DNA of 48,259 nucleotides from an uncultured bacterium (GCA_964619725.1 CAZUFC010000061.1:1-48259); one strand, 5' to 3'; shown: positions 1-9,834, counted from the first letter of the stretch. Numbers and translations are program-made. The notes: a model not told the origin generated them from the sequence alone.

Positions 1-265
1 AATGCTTAATGGATTTTCTGTTGCCTTCAGGGCAACTTTTTTAACGAACTCTGAAGTTAATGGTTATTCTGAAAATTTAATGTTCAGCCGATTTTTCGTC
101 ACCCCCCTTTATAAACAACATTTCGTAAAAAATTAAAAACTTCACACAGATAAAAAATCAATCGAATCAAAAGTACACGATCCGATAATAGCAGAATAGT
201 CCATTTTGATCAATATTAATGCAAAACCTCATTGGAAACCTGTAACGGACCTTATGCATGGAGAA

Positions 266-397
266 ATTCTGAACTCCTGACAAGGATGTTACAACCTATT
301 GAAAAAGTTTAATATTCTTGCACCGCAACTCGGCATAACAATTGTGAAGTTTTTAGCCCCCCCAAATCCGGTGGAAGAGCATTGATTAATCGAAATT
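266..397 (+). repeat. Dispersed intergenic repeat (family B), copy 1
   Basis: Aligns by eye with 13908-14040: TTGAAAAA...TTGCA...GGCATAAyAATTGTG.AGTTTT.AG.CCCCC...TCCGGT..AAGAGC.TTGATT.AATCGAAA. Confidence 0.75.
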
Positions 398-682
398 CAA
401 ACATGAGCTCTGACGTTAATGATGATTTACGATAATGCTTCGTATGGTATGAAACAGGTTCCATATTCGATTAATCAACGGACCCACGGGCGGGGGGACT
501 TTGTTTTACAGGAATTTTTTTGAACGTCTATAGCTTTTTCGTCAAACATTTCACAATTTTTTATTGGCGAATGTCAGGAGATGTGAAATTATGGATTCTT
601 TAATTTATATTTGACCCTCTTCAAACCTTGTTTTAAAATTGCTTAGGGGGAACAGACAAAACTTTCGCACTGGAAATGCAGC

Positions 683-2059
683 ATGAAATCGGACAATTTG
701 TCGCCCTACGTTACGAAGATTATCCTGGAAAGCATATCCAACGGCGTTTTTACCGTGGATCATTATTGGCGCATTACATCTTTTAATCGTGCCGCCGAAG
801 AAATTACGGGCATTCCCCGGTCGGAAGCCGTCGGAAAACACTGCTGGGACGTTTTTCGTTCCAATATGTGCGAGAAGGACTGCGCTTTGCGTCGCACCAT
901 GAAACTGGGAAAAGACTTCGTCGATACTTCCACCTATATCGTCAACGACAAACAGAAACGCATTCCCGTCGTGGTCTGCACTTCCGTGCTGCGTGATGAA
1001 AACGGTAAAGAACTCGGCGGCGTGGAAACCTTCCGTGATATGAGCGCTATCGAGGCTTTGCGGAAGGAGCTGGACGGCCGTCATCAGATCGGAGACATGA
1101 TCAGTCGCAGCCCGGCCATGCACAAAATATTCAATATTCTACCTCAAATAGCGGAAAGCGACAGCCCGGCATTGATACAGGGAGAAACCGGCACGGGTAA
1201 GGAAGTGCTCGCTCGCGCTCTGCATGAATTGAGCCCCCGCAAAGATAAACCCTTCATCCCCGTCAATTGCGGGGCCCTGCCGGAAACGCTGCTGGAATCG
1301 GAACTCTTCGGCTATAAAGCCGGCGCATTCACCAACGCCGTCAAAGACAAACCCGGCATATTCTCACTTGCCCAGGGCGGAACCATACTGCTCGACGAAA
1401 TAAACGATATAAGCCCCGCTTTCCAGGTCAGGCTCCTGCGCGTACTCCAGGAACATAAATTCCAGCCCCTCGGCGCCGTTAAAGAAATCGATGCCGACGT
1501 ACGCATCATTTCTGCCTCAAACGCAGACATTTCCACAATGGTCGAAAACGGCTCCTTCAGACAGGACCTCTTTTATCGCATCAACGTCATCCGACTTAAC
1601 CTCCCCCCGCTGCGCAACCGTAAAGAAGATATCCCTCTGCTCATCGAAAACTTCACCAATAAACTCAACCTCATCCGTAATAAAAAAGTCACCGGCGTCA
1701 GCAGGGAGACTCTCGCTGCTCTCATGTCACACGACTATCCCGGAAATATCAGAGAACTCGAAAACATCATTGAACACGCCTTCGTGCTTTGCCCCGAAGG
1801 TCAAATTGAACTCAACTGCCTCCCCGACAACTTCCATCCTTCTTCCAAAACCGCCGCCGCCAAAGGCTCCATCGATTCAGTCCTCAAATCGGTCGAAGCA
1901 CAAACCATCATCGATGCCCTTAAACGCAATGACTTCAATCGACTCGCCGCCGCAAATGAACTGCGCATCCATAAAAGCACTCTTTTCCGTAAAATAAAAA
2001 AACTCGGCATCGCCCTCCCCAAAACAGACGGTCGCTCCGCCCGCCCGAAAAATCAATAG
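683..2059 (+). CDS. orpR: PAS-domain sigma-54-dependent activator (bEBP), OrpR/DVU2106-like
   Basis: N-terminal PAS with C-x8-C-x3-C ([14 protein letters not shown]); Walker [40 protein letters not shown]-terminal Fis-type HTH; lies directly upstream of NifX/COG1149 genes. Confidence 0.88.
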   Translation: MKSDNLSPYVTKIILESISNGVFTVDHYWRITSFNRAAEEITGIPRSEAVGKHCWDVFRSNMCEKDCALRRTMKLGKDFVDTSTYIVNDKQKRIPVVVCTSVLRDENGKELGGVETFRDMSAIEALRKELDGRHQIGDMISRSPAMHKIFNILPQIAESDSPALIQGETGTGKEVLARALHELSPRKDKPFIPVNCGALPETLLESELFGYKAGAFTNAVKDKPGIFSLAQGGTILLDEINDISPAFQVRLLRVLQEHKFQPLGAVKEIDADVRIISASNADISTMVENGSFRQDLFYRINVIRLNLPPLRNRKEDIPLLIENFTNKLNLIRNKKVTGVSRETLAALMSHDYPGNIRELENIIEHAFVLCPEGQIELNCLPDNFHPSSKTAAAKGSIDSVLKSVEAQTIIDALKRNDFNRLAAANELRIHKSTLFRKIKKLGIALPKTDGRSARPKNQ

Positions 2060-2060
2060 C

Positions 2061-2148
2061 GTCTCAAGTGTGCGACTCTATGGCGAAGCAGGGTCGCTTA
2101 AATGCGCCTTTTATGCAACGTTTTAGATAATCGTTGCATCATGGCAGC
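2061..2148. promoter_or_regulatory. Candidate upstream activator sites for the bEBP
   Basis: Imperfect 16-bp palindromes GTCTCAAGTGTGCGAC (2061-2076), GTCGCTTAAATGCGCC (2093-2108), GTTGCATCATGGCAGC (2133-2148); perfect inverted repeat ATGCAACG (2113-2120)/CGTTGCAT (2132-2139); about 60-150 bp upstream of a sigma-54 box. Confidence 0.6.
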
Positions 2149-2206
2149 ATGCCGTAAGTATTGGAGATACCGTTATTTAAATAATATTCGGGTGAGATGT
2201 GGGCGT

Positions 2207-2222
2207 CTGGCATGATAAATGC
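2207..2222 (+). promoter_or_regulatory. Sigma-54 -24/-12 promoter
   Basis: CTGGCATGATAAATGC = GG-N10-GC, close to TGGCACG-N4-TTGC, 27 bp before the GTG at 2249 and just downstream of a bEBP gene. Confidence 0.85.
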
Positions 2223-2248
2223 CTCTTTCATGGAAGGGGGCAGGCGAT

Positions 2249-2596
2249 GTGAAGACAGCTTTGACGATATGGGAAAACAGAATATCGCCGGTATTTGACT
2301 CTAGTGACATGATATTGCTTGTGGAGACTCAGAATGGAGAGGTGACGAACAGGCGATATGAATCGTTGGAATGCCGACTTCCGTTATGCCGTGTGCGGCG
2401 ATTGGTGCAGTTGGGAGCGGAGGAGCTGATTTGCGGGGCAATTTCTGATATTTACGTAGAGGTAATTGAAGCTCAGGGGATACGGGTCATACCTTTCATA
2501 ACGGGAGAAGTGAATGATGTTTTAGGGGCTTATCTGCAGGGAATGAAAGCTCTGTTAAGTCATCAGATGCCGGGATGGGGGAGGGTCAAGCGATGA
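2249..2596 (+). CDS. NifB/NifX (FeMo-cofactor biosynthesis domain) family protein
   Basis: MKTALTIWENRISPVFD...ELICGAIS...GIRVIPFITGEV...MPG; GTG start chosen from the GGAAGGGGG SD (the ATG at 2219 lies inside the promoter). Confidence 0.85.
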   Translation: MKTALTIWENRISPVFDSSDMILLVETQNGEVTNRRYESLECRLPLCRVRRLVQLGAEELICGAISDIYVEVIEAQGIRVIPFITGEVNDVLGAYLQGMKALLSHQMPGWGRVKR

Positions 2597-2790
2597 ACGA
2601 GCCGGGAGAAGCGCGCGCCGGGATGCGGGAGAGGAGGAGAGCGACAGTAGCGGATAAATGGGAAATGAATAAATGAAATATATAATTCAGAGAAGGAGAG
2701 TTTGCATGGAGTCGAAGGGAGGCGAACAAGAGTCGTTGTTGACGTTCGGCTTCAGAGAAACAGAATAGAAAGAAGCGGGAGGAGAATAGT

Positions 2791-4611
2791 ATGAATATAG
2801 CGGTAGCCAGCGGAAAAGGCGGAACGGGAAAGACGACATTTTCGGTGAATCTGGCTTATGCGCTGGCTGAAAGCGGCGAGAGAGTGCGGTTGCTTGACTG
2901 TGATGTTGAGGAGCCTAACGATCATTTATTTGTACGGCCTGAATTCACGAAAATGGAGCCAGTATGTTTAAAGAAGCCCGAATGGAACGAGGAGTTGTGC
3001 ACGGGTTGCGGGGATTGCGCCAGGGCTTGCAATTACAATGCGATAGCTGTAGTCAAGGAGCAGGTATTGATATTCAACGAATTGTGTCATTCATGTGGAG
3101 TTTGTTCCTATATATGTCCTTATGGTGCGCTGACGGAGACTGACGTATCGATCGGTCATGTGGAGAGCGCTCCAGAGAATGAACCGTTTTATTTTGCTCA
3201 CGGGACGTTGAACATAGCGGAGGCTTTGGCGCCGGCGGTGGTAAGAAGCGTGAAGAAGCATGTTGATGCGGAAAGCATCAACATCATTGACGTTTCTCCT
3301 GGTACAGCCTGTCCGGTGGTTGAGGCGGTAACGGATGCTGATGTGGCGGTATTGGTGACTGAGCCGACGCCTTTCGGACTGAATGATCTGAAGTTAGCGG
3401 TAGGATTGAGTTTAAAAAGGAGAGTTCCGACGTGCATAGTGATCAACCGTTCAGACGGCCAGGATGAACTGATAACCGAATATGCGGAGAGAACGGGCAT
3501 CCCCATAGCAGGCCGCATTCCTTTCAAGCGCAAATATGCGGAAGCATATTCCGGGGGAAAAATCCTGACGCATGAGTTTCCTGAATTCAAGGCCAACATG
3601 CTGGAAATTTTCATTTCCGTAACGAGTTTATTGGGGACTCAGCCTCCTGCGCCTCCGGAGGAAGAGAGATTCACCGTAAGCGAAGGGGCGAAGGAGGATT
3701 TTTCTGCGGGAACGTCGGATACTTATAGGGAGACGACTGTGATCAGCGGAAAAGGGGGTTCGGGAAAGACAACCATCGTATCGTCACTAGCCATGCTAAG
3801 CGGGGACAAGGTATTGGCGGACAATGACGTTGATGCTGCAGACCTTCATCTGCTGCTTTCGCCGAGCATCCGGGAGGAACATTCATTTTTCGGCGGAGAA
3901 AAACCTCTGATCGATCTGGAGAAATGCACGGGGTGCAACATGTGTGCGGATGCTTGTCATTTTGAGGCGATCCGTTCGGACGGTCCGGTCAATGAAAGCG
4001 GCGTTAAAACCTGCGTAATCGATGAAATGGCATGCGAGGGTTGCGGCCTCTGTCAGTACGTATGCGGTTTTGAGGCTGTTATGACGACCCCGAACAAAGT
4101 GGGCGACTGGTATATATCGGAAACGGAATATGGTCCTATGGCGCATGCCAGGCTAGGCATAGCCGAGGAAAATTCGGGCCGCCTGGTGACAAAAGTGCGG
4201 AACGAAGCGGCCAGGCTGACAAGGGATTTAAAAAGGGGGCTTATCCTGGGCGACGGTCCTCCCGGCACAGGTTGTCCGGTCATTGCATCGGTCAGCGGCG
4301 CGGACAGAGTATTAATCGTTTCTGAGCCCACCGTTTCCGGCGTCCATGATATGCAGCGCGCCTTGCAACTCACCAGGCATTTCGGCGTGCCGACTGATAT
4401 AGTGATAAACAAATGCGACTTGAACAGAGAACAGGCGGAAAGAATAAAAAATATCGCCGAAGTAAACGGTTCAAATGTTATAGCTGAGATTCCCTTCGAT
4501 CACAATGTGCATGACGCTCTGATGGAAGGAAAAACAGTAATAGAACATGGAAAGGGTCCCGCTTTTAAAGCGACGCTTGAACTGTGGAAGAAACTTGAAA
4601 ACTCATTGTAA
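2791..4611 (+). CDS. Fusion of two MinD-superfamily ATPases, each with an inserted 2x[4Fe-4S] ferredoxin (COG1149)
   Basis: Two deviant Walker A motifs (SGKGGTGKTT, SGKGGSGKTT), DCDVE/DNDVD, four CxxCxxCxxxC motifs, two PGTxCPV and EPT motifs; SD GGAGGAG. Confidence 0.92.
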   Translation: MNIAVASGKGGTGKTTFSVNLAYALAESGERVRLLDCDVEEPNDHLFVRPEFTKMEPVCLKKPEWNEELCTGCGDCARACNYNAIAVVKEQVLIFNELCHSCGVCSYICPYGALTETDVSIGHVESAPENEPFYFAHGTLNIAEALAPAVVRSVKKHVDAESINIIDVSPGTACPVVEAVTDADVAVLVTEPTPFGLNDLKLAVGLSLKRRVPTCIVINRSDGQDELITEYAERTGIPIAGRIPFKRKYAEAYSGGKILTHEFPEFKANMLEIFISVTSLLGTQPPAPPEEERFTVSEGAKEDFSAGTSDTYRETTVISGKGGSGKTTIVSSLAMLSGDKVLADNDVDAADLHLLLSPSIREEHSFFGGEKPLIDLEKCTGCNMCADACHFEAIRSDGPVNESGVKTCVIDEMACEGCGLCQYVCGFEAVMTTPNKVGDWYISETEYGPMAHARLGIAEENSGRLVTKVRNEAARLTRDLKRGLILGDGPPGTGCPVIASVSGADRVLIVSEPTVSGVHDMQRALQLTRHFGVPTDIVINKCDLNREQAERIKNIAEVNGSNVIAEIPFDHNVHDALMEGKTVIEHGKGPAFKATLELWKKLENSL

Positions 4612-4626
4612 AAAGGAGGAACTAAA

Positions 4627-5274
4627 ATGAAAATAGCCGTCACGTCAACCGGTCCTTCACTGGATGATTCGGTGGAAACCCGTTTCGGACGCTGCGCTTA
4701 CTTTCTTATAATAAATCCTGATGATATGGAATTTGAAGTCATTGAGAATCCCAATATAGCGTTGGGCGGAGGCGCCGGCATACAGTCCGCTCAACTCATG
4801 GCCGATAAAAACGTAACAGCCGTCCTTACCGGCAATTGCGGACCCAATGCCTTTCAAACCTTTGGCGCCGCCGGTATAAAGGTGATAACCGGCGTCAGCG
4901 GTAATATCCGGCAAGCCGTTCAAAAATTTAAAGAGGGTTCCCTGGATTACTCCGGCGGGCCTAACGTCCAGAGTCATTACGGCATGGGAAAAGGAGGCGG
5001 CATGGGTCCCGGCAGAGGGATGGGCCGCGGCGGCGGTATGGGACGAAGTATGGGCGGAGGAAGAGGCATGGCACAAAGCGGAATGAGCTTAAACCGCCAG
5101 GAATCTCAATCCGGTCAGCCTCCCTTTCAATCTCCTTCTACACAAAAGAAATCCGGTTCCGAATCCGAGAAAAAAAATGAACTGGCTGAACTGAGAAAAC
5201 AGGCTGAAAAACTGCGTGAGCAAATGGAACAGACTCTTTCACGAATCAAAGAACTTACGGATAAAAATGAATAA
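4627..5274 (+). CDS. NifB/NifX family (MTH1175/orange-protein-like) with Gly/Met/Arg-rich linker and C-terminal coiled coil
   Basis: MKIAVTS...RFGRCAYF...GGAGIQSAQ...TGNCGPNAF; GxGMGRG repeats; ELAELRKQAEKLREQMEQ; SD AAGGAGG. Confidence 0.9.
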   Translation: MKIAVTSTGPSLDDSVETRFGRCAYFLIINPDDMEFEVIENPNIALGGGAGIQSAQLMADKNVTAVLTGNCGPNAFQTFGAAGIKVITGVSGNIRQAVQKFKEGSLDYSGGPNVQSHYGMGKGGGMGPGRGMGRGGGMGRSMGGGRGMAQSGMSLNRQESQSGQPPFQSPSTQKKSGSESEKKNELAELRKQAEKLREQMEQTLSRIKELTDKNE

Positions 5275-5962
5275 GGACAGCATTAAATCAAACGTTGAAA
5301 AAATCAGGAAAGAACTTCCGGCACGCGTTCTGCTCGTCGCTGCTTCCAAAACTCGATCCCCGGAAGAAGTTAAAACCGCTATTCTTTCCGGAATAAGGGT
5401 TATCGGTTATAATTACGTTCAAGAAGCTGAAGGAATGCGGGAGCTTTTGAAGGAATGGGAGAAGAATGAAGCGCCTCATGAAGTGCGATGGCATCTCATA
5501 GGGCATCTGCAGCGCAATAAAGCCAAAAAAGCGGTCGAATTATTCGATATGATCGAAACGATAGATTCCGTCAGAATAGCGGAAGAAGTGGACAAGCGTT
5601 GCAGGCGCATAGGCAAAATTATGCCGGTTTTGATCGAGGTCAACAGCGGTCGAGAATCGAATAAAACCGGGGTTTTGCCGGATGACGCCTTAGATTTGGC
5701 AGAGGAAGCGGCCCAAATGAAGAATCTGAAGATTCAGGGACTCATGACCATGGGACCCCGGTTCGGGGCTCCGGAAGCGGCCAGACCTTATTTCAAACTG
5801 GCCAGGCGACTGTTCGACAGGATAAAATCGGAGAACATACCCAATGTGGAAATGAAATACCTGTCAATGGGCATGAGCAACACCTACCGTCAGGCCGTCG
5901 AAGAGGGCGCTCACATAGTGAGAATAGGCACGAAATTGTTCGGCATGCGGGATGAACATTAA
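5267..5962 (+). CDS. yggS: YggS/PLPBP pyridoxal-phosphate homeostasis protein
   Basis: LVAASKT (PLP Lys), GYNYVQE, WHLIGHLQRNK, GLMTM, LSMGMS, VRIGTKLFG; start overlaps the upstream stop. Confidence 0.93.
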   Translation: MNKDSIKSNVEKIRKELPARVLLVAASKTRSPEEVKTAILSGIRVIGYNYVQEAEGMRELLKEWEKNEAPHEVRWHLIGHLQRNKAKKAVELFDMIETIDSVRIAEEVDKRCRRIGKIMPVLIEVNSGRESNKTGVLPDDALDLAEEAAQMKNLKIQGLMTMGPRFGAPEAARPYFKLARRLFDRIKSENIPNVEMKYLSMGMSNTYRQAVEEGAHIVRIGTKLFGMRDEH

Positions 5963-6050
5963 TTTTTTATATCGGATAAGAAAATTCAGGTGAAAACCTT
6001 AATCGGGAAGGACTGAAGGAAACATTCGATAGAAAGGGCGATATATTATA

Positions 6051-6515
6051 ATGAAGATAAAGGTTGATGAAACCAGGTGCACCGGGTGTGCTCAATGCGT
6101 GGAAGTATGCCCCGTAGATGCCGTAACCGTTGACGGCACAGCAAAAATTGACGAAAAAAGCTGCGCTCTGTGCGGCGCATGCATAGCGGCCTGCCCCAGC
6201 GAAGCGCTTGCCATGGAGGGAATGGAGACGGGATTGACTGCCAGAGCTGCTGATACCCCGGATTTTGAAAGAACCGGAGGAGCATTGCCGGAAAGACAGT
6301 TTGCGGAATCGGCTTTGGCCAGAGATAATCCCGATATGAAAATTCAGGAAAATGACGGCGGACTGTTGAAGCGGATATTCAATATGTTCGCGGGGCGAGC
6401 TCGTCGGCCGGGTTCACAACGCGCCGGCAGCGGACGACGCATCGCCGGGAATCCGGGCGGGGGCCGGGCAGGCCGAGGGGGACGCAGGCGACGTCACGGC
6501 CGAAGAGGCCGGTGA
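6051..6515 (+). CDS. 2x[4Fe-4S] ferredoxin with Arg/Gly-rich C-terminal extension
   Basis: CTGCAQCVEVCP and CALCGACIAACP; basic low-complexity tail. Confidence 0.88.
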   Translation: MKIKVDETRCTGCAQCVEVCPVDAVTVDGTAKIDEKSCALCGACIAACPSEALAMEGMETGLTARAADTPDFERTGGALPERQFAESALARDNPDMKIQENDGGLLKRIFNMFAGRARRPGSQRAGSGRRIAGNPGGGRAGRGGRRRRHGRRGR

Positions 6516-6541
6516 AAAATGCCGGCGGCGCTGCACGGCAG

Positions 6542-7420
6542 TTATATTTCCACTCCGAAAAGCTTCCTTGCGGCTATGCCGACCAGGAAACTGATTCCTG
6601 CGACCGAGAGCGAAATAAGGGTCATTTCAGCGAAGCGCCGCCATAATCCCAATCCTTTGGCGGTAGTGATGTAAAAGCTGTAAGACAGAATAATCAGGAC
6701 GCTTAATGCCGTCATCGTCGCCAACGCCCAATATACATTACTGAGCAGTAAATACGGGGCTATCAGAACGAATACCGTTACTATATAAGCCGCTCCCGTA
6801 TAGCCAGCGGACTTCAACGGACTCTTCGTTTCATTTTCGCCTGCTTCCTCACGGGTCGACAAAAGTTCAGATGCGGCCATCGACATGGACGCCGCAATTC
6901 CGGTAATGAAACCCGCCATGGCGATGATCTCGCCGTCCTGCAGCGCGAAAGTCAATCCCGCCAGCGCTCCCGTCAGCTCCACCAAAGCATCATTAAGTCC
7001 TAAAACAATCGATCCGGCATACGCTATACGTTCCTCCTCGATAAGATCGAGTATCTTCGATTCATGCTTCTGTTCATCCAGCACGACGTCCGCCAGTTCC
7101 GGCACCTCGGATTTGAGTCTGTCGTAGACTCGCTGAGTGACCTGTTCGCCGCGTTCCATAAGTTTAAGTCCGAAGGATAGACCGAGAAGACGCGAAATAA
7201 GCTGATAAAAGATTATCCTGAAACGGGAAGGTTTAATCTCCTTCTGAGTTATACGTTTGAAGAACTTGTAATGCTGAAGTTCCTCGTCCGCAATGCGTTC
7301 CAGTACCTTTCGATTGCTTTCATCCTTCGTTTTGGCCGCAAGCCTCTTATAAATATGATATTCGCTTATCTCATTTTTTTGAGCTGCTATTATTTCCTTT
7401 TGAGTCGTCTTTTTCGCCAT
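6542..7420 (-). CDS. Ferritin/rubrerythrin-like domain + VIT1/CCC1 transporter (MbfA-like iron exporter)
   Basis: ExxH motifs (EELQH, DEQKH); GSIVLGLNDALVE and SMAASE VIT1 motifs; about 5 TM helices; SD AAGGAG. Confidence 0.88.
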   Translation of the reverse strand: MAKKTTQKEIIAAQKNEISEYHIYKRLAAKTKDESNRKVLERIADEELQHYKFFKRITQKEIKPSRFRIIFYQLISRLLGLSFGLKLMERGEQVTQRVYDRLKSEVPELADVVLDEQKHESKILDLIEEERIAYAGSIVLGLNDALVELTGALAGLTFALQDGEIIAMAGFITGIAASMSMAASELLSTREEAGENETKSPLKSAGYTGAAYIVTVFVLIAPYLLLSNVYWALATMTALSVLIILSYSFYITTAKGLGLWRRFAEMTLISLSVAGISFLVGIAARKLFGVEI

Positions 7421-7741
7421 AGTTGAACTCTCCTTTTTAACAATAAAACGCCATAAAAGCCTTTGAAAGAATTTAATCCCGGCGCTTTATGCCTATTCGC
7501 GCTGATAATATATTGAAAAAGCTTTAATTCCTCAAGAATGCCTCATAATTCGACTCCTCCGCCGGCCTGAATTTTCAGACAGAACCCGCTTGATTACTTT
7601 TGCTTCTTAAAAAGAAAACCAGCCCAAATATCTTGACTTTATTCATCATTCGGCGGAAACTCATTCGATGGAGCATTCGAAGCGTTACACAGGCGAGTAA
7701 AAATCTTAAATTGACCATAGCATGACGGAAAGGGACAAAAA

Positions 7742-8407
7742 TTGAAAAAAGGAAAAAGAGTTCAACCGTTTATAATTCAGGAAAACATTGATGAATGGAT
7801 CAAGCTGGGTGAGGAGATGCAGATTGATCCCACGGCAGCGCTGGGGTATAAATCAGGCCGTAAATTTGAAAGGAAACCCCTGATAATCGGCGACGGGGCG
7901 ATGATCAGAAGCGGTACGGTCATTTATCTGAGCACGATAATCGGCAAACGGCTGGAAACAGGACATAATGCCGTCATAAGGGAACAGAACGAGATCGGCG
8001 ACGATTTTCAGATTTGGAATAACAGCGTGATAGACTACGGCTGTAAAATAGGAAACCGCGTGCACATCCACTGTAACGTTTATGTGGCCCAATTTACGAC
8101 GCTTGAAGACGAAGTGTTCATGGCGCCCGGCGTCACTGTGGCCAACGATATGCATCCGGGTTGTCCCGATTCGAGAAACTGCATGAAAGGTCCCCATGTC
8201 GAATATGGGGTCCAGATAGGCGTCAACGTCACTTTACTGCCGTTTATCAGGATAGGCGCCCGTTCGTTGATCGGAGCCGGTTCTGTCGTGACGAAAGACA
8301 TTCCCCCCGGCTCAGTCGTTTACGGCAATCCTGCGAAAGTTCACGGTAAAGTAGAAGACCTGGAATGCATTAAAGGAATACGCTCAAAACCTTACGAATG
8401 TCGCTGA
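7742..8407 (+). CDS. Hexapeptide-repeat N-acyltransferase (WbbJ/WbpD-like)
   Basis: Repeated [IV]G-xxxx hexapeptides; IGAGSVVTKDIP; YGNPAK; TTG start. Confidence 0.88.
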   Translation: MKKGKRVQPFIIQENIDEWIKLGEEMQIDPTAALGYKSGRKFERKPLIIGDGAMIRSGTVIYLSTIIGKRLETGHNAVIREQNEIGDDFQIWNNSVIDYGCKIGNRVHIHCNVYVAQFTTLEDEVFMAPGVTVANDMHPGCPDSRNCMKGPHVEYGVQIGVNVTLLPFIRIGARSLIGAGSVVTKDIPPGSVVYGNPAKVHGKVEDLECIKGIRSKPYECR

Positions 8408-8612
8408 ATCGAAATGACATAGAAAAAGAATATTGAAAAAATTTTTAAGGATATAGTGTCGATCTGAATACAGTTGGCCGTTCGATGACTTGAGCCGTAC
8501 CCTCTTTGCCGGGCGGCCGTTTGATTTTTCCGTCAGTCAGTTGCCGGTTTAAAATAAGTCTCCAGGATGCTTGAAGGCCGGCGGCATTGCTTGTCCTCAC
8601 GCCGCTTCTCGT

Positions 8613-9035
8613 CTATTTGCTTTGAACATGAACTTCAATATGAAAAGTGTCCTCGGGTTCTTCGGTCTTTTCCCACGGTCGCCGGTAATGCAGTTCCAAT
8701 TCAACCTTTCCGGGATTTGATGCCTTGTATCTGAGTATTAAATGCCCCCCGGACCCCAGCAGATTTCCGCTGCTCTTATATTCAGGCTCACCCAGAGGTT
8801 CAAGAACATCATCCTTCTTCGGCGATACCTTTACCCAACTGTAACCAGTGGTCGGATTCGCCTCCAAAGCCGCCTGAAGAACCTGACCCTGAACCAGGGA
8901 TATCGATTTGCCGTCATCCGATTTGTTCAACTCTATCACTTCAGTCTCCTTATGACATCCTGCCGTATTCAGCGGAATACCTGAGAAAAAAATAATCAAC
9001 AAGATCATGAAGAATCGAATTATCTTTAAATTCAT
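8613..9035 (-). CDS. Chagasin-family (I42) cysteine-protease inhibitor, probable lipoprotein
   Basis: NPTTGYSW, LLGSGG and YRRPWE motifs; signal peptide ending TAGC; SD TAAGGAG before ATG 9035. Confidence 0.9.
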   Translation of the reverse strand: MNLKIIRFFMILLIIFFSGIPLNTAGCHKETEVIELNKSDDGKSISLVQGQVLQAALEANPTTGYSWVKVSPKKDDVLEPLGEPEYKSSGNLLGSGGHLILRYKASNPGKVELELHYRRPWEKTEEPEDTFHIEVHVQSK

Positions 9036-9169
9036 GCCTTTTACACTCCTTATGCTCGTTCCAGGGCTCATATTCGTATTGAATCAGGTTGCAACGCCTG
9101 GTCATCAGCCCTCCACCCTTTTCGAAAATCCAGCTTAAATTTTTCGATCACTTTCGCCCTTCCGATTGC

Positions 9170-9667
9170 TTACTCAATCGCCTCATTGCCTGTTCTCACC
9201 GGTATTCTCTCGTCTTTCCAGGGAAGAAGGCAACTCTCGTCATTTTCAGGAAATACGAATTCCATGGCTATCTGATGATAGGCCGAGCGGCTGAAACGGG
9301 CATTTTCCGCTCCCTTTTTGACTTTACAGTAAAGCGCTTTGTCCTGCTTCAAAAAAAGAGATTCAGGTTCAAGCGGCTCCTTTGTCCCGTCGCTCAGATG
9401 CAGAAGATAATCTTTAATGTGTCCGCCAGGATTGCGTATCACGGAAACGGCTGCAACGAACCAGGCTGTGTCTTCCACTTCAACGTTTGCGTATTCTTTT
9501 CCTATTTGAAGAAAATACTTGCCATCCGCTGATTTTTGAATTTGGCGGGAAAAAATTCGGATTATCCCTTTATGAGTGATTTCCACGCCTTCATGGAACC
9601 ATTTTGCATCCTTGCTTAGGAATATTTTCGGCGATTTTTCGTTTATGGGCTTATGCTCTGATTTCAT
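9170..9667 (-). CDS. DUF1285-like protein
   Basis: WFHEGVEITH, VEVEDTAWFV, LYCKVK, ARFSRSAY; SD GGAGG before ATG 9667. Confidence 0.75.
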   Translation of the reverse strand: MKSEHKPINEKSPKIFLSKDAKWFHEGVEITHKGIIRIFSRQIQKSADGKYFLQIGKEYANVEVEDTAWFVAAVSVIRNPGGHIKDYLLHLSDGTKEPLEPESLFLKQDKALYCKVKKGAENARFSRSAYHQIAMEFVFPENDESCLLPWKDERIPVRTGNEAIE

Positions 9668-9834
9668 TAATGAGAAACCTCCTGCTTTGATCATATAAAA
9701 TTTTGTATTTGTTTGTCGAATTTCTGGTGCGATAAAAATGGCGTCATTTGCGCAATCGTTTATTTCTTTTATTCGAGAGCCTTCTGAGGGGAGGACCCTG
9801 ATTGCCGAATGATAAAATTCGAATTTTCAGGTGT

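Noticed and set aside
1-260. Partial gene at the window start
   Set aside because: AT-rich, with no ORF in the track and no recognisable motif.
605-1123. 172-aa minus-strand ORF and the many other antisense or alternate-frame ORFs
   Set aside because: Shadows of well-supported genes, with no motifs of their own.
2706-2768. 20-aa ORF MESKGGEQ... after a GAAGGAG SD inside the orp-like operon
   Set aside because: Too short and without motif; cannot be supported from sequence alone.
2249-5274. Nitrogen fixation cluster
   Set aside because: NifX-like and P-loop genes are orp/COG1149 type; no nifHDK.
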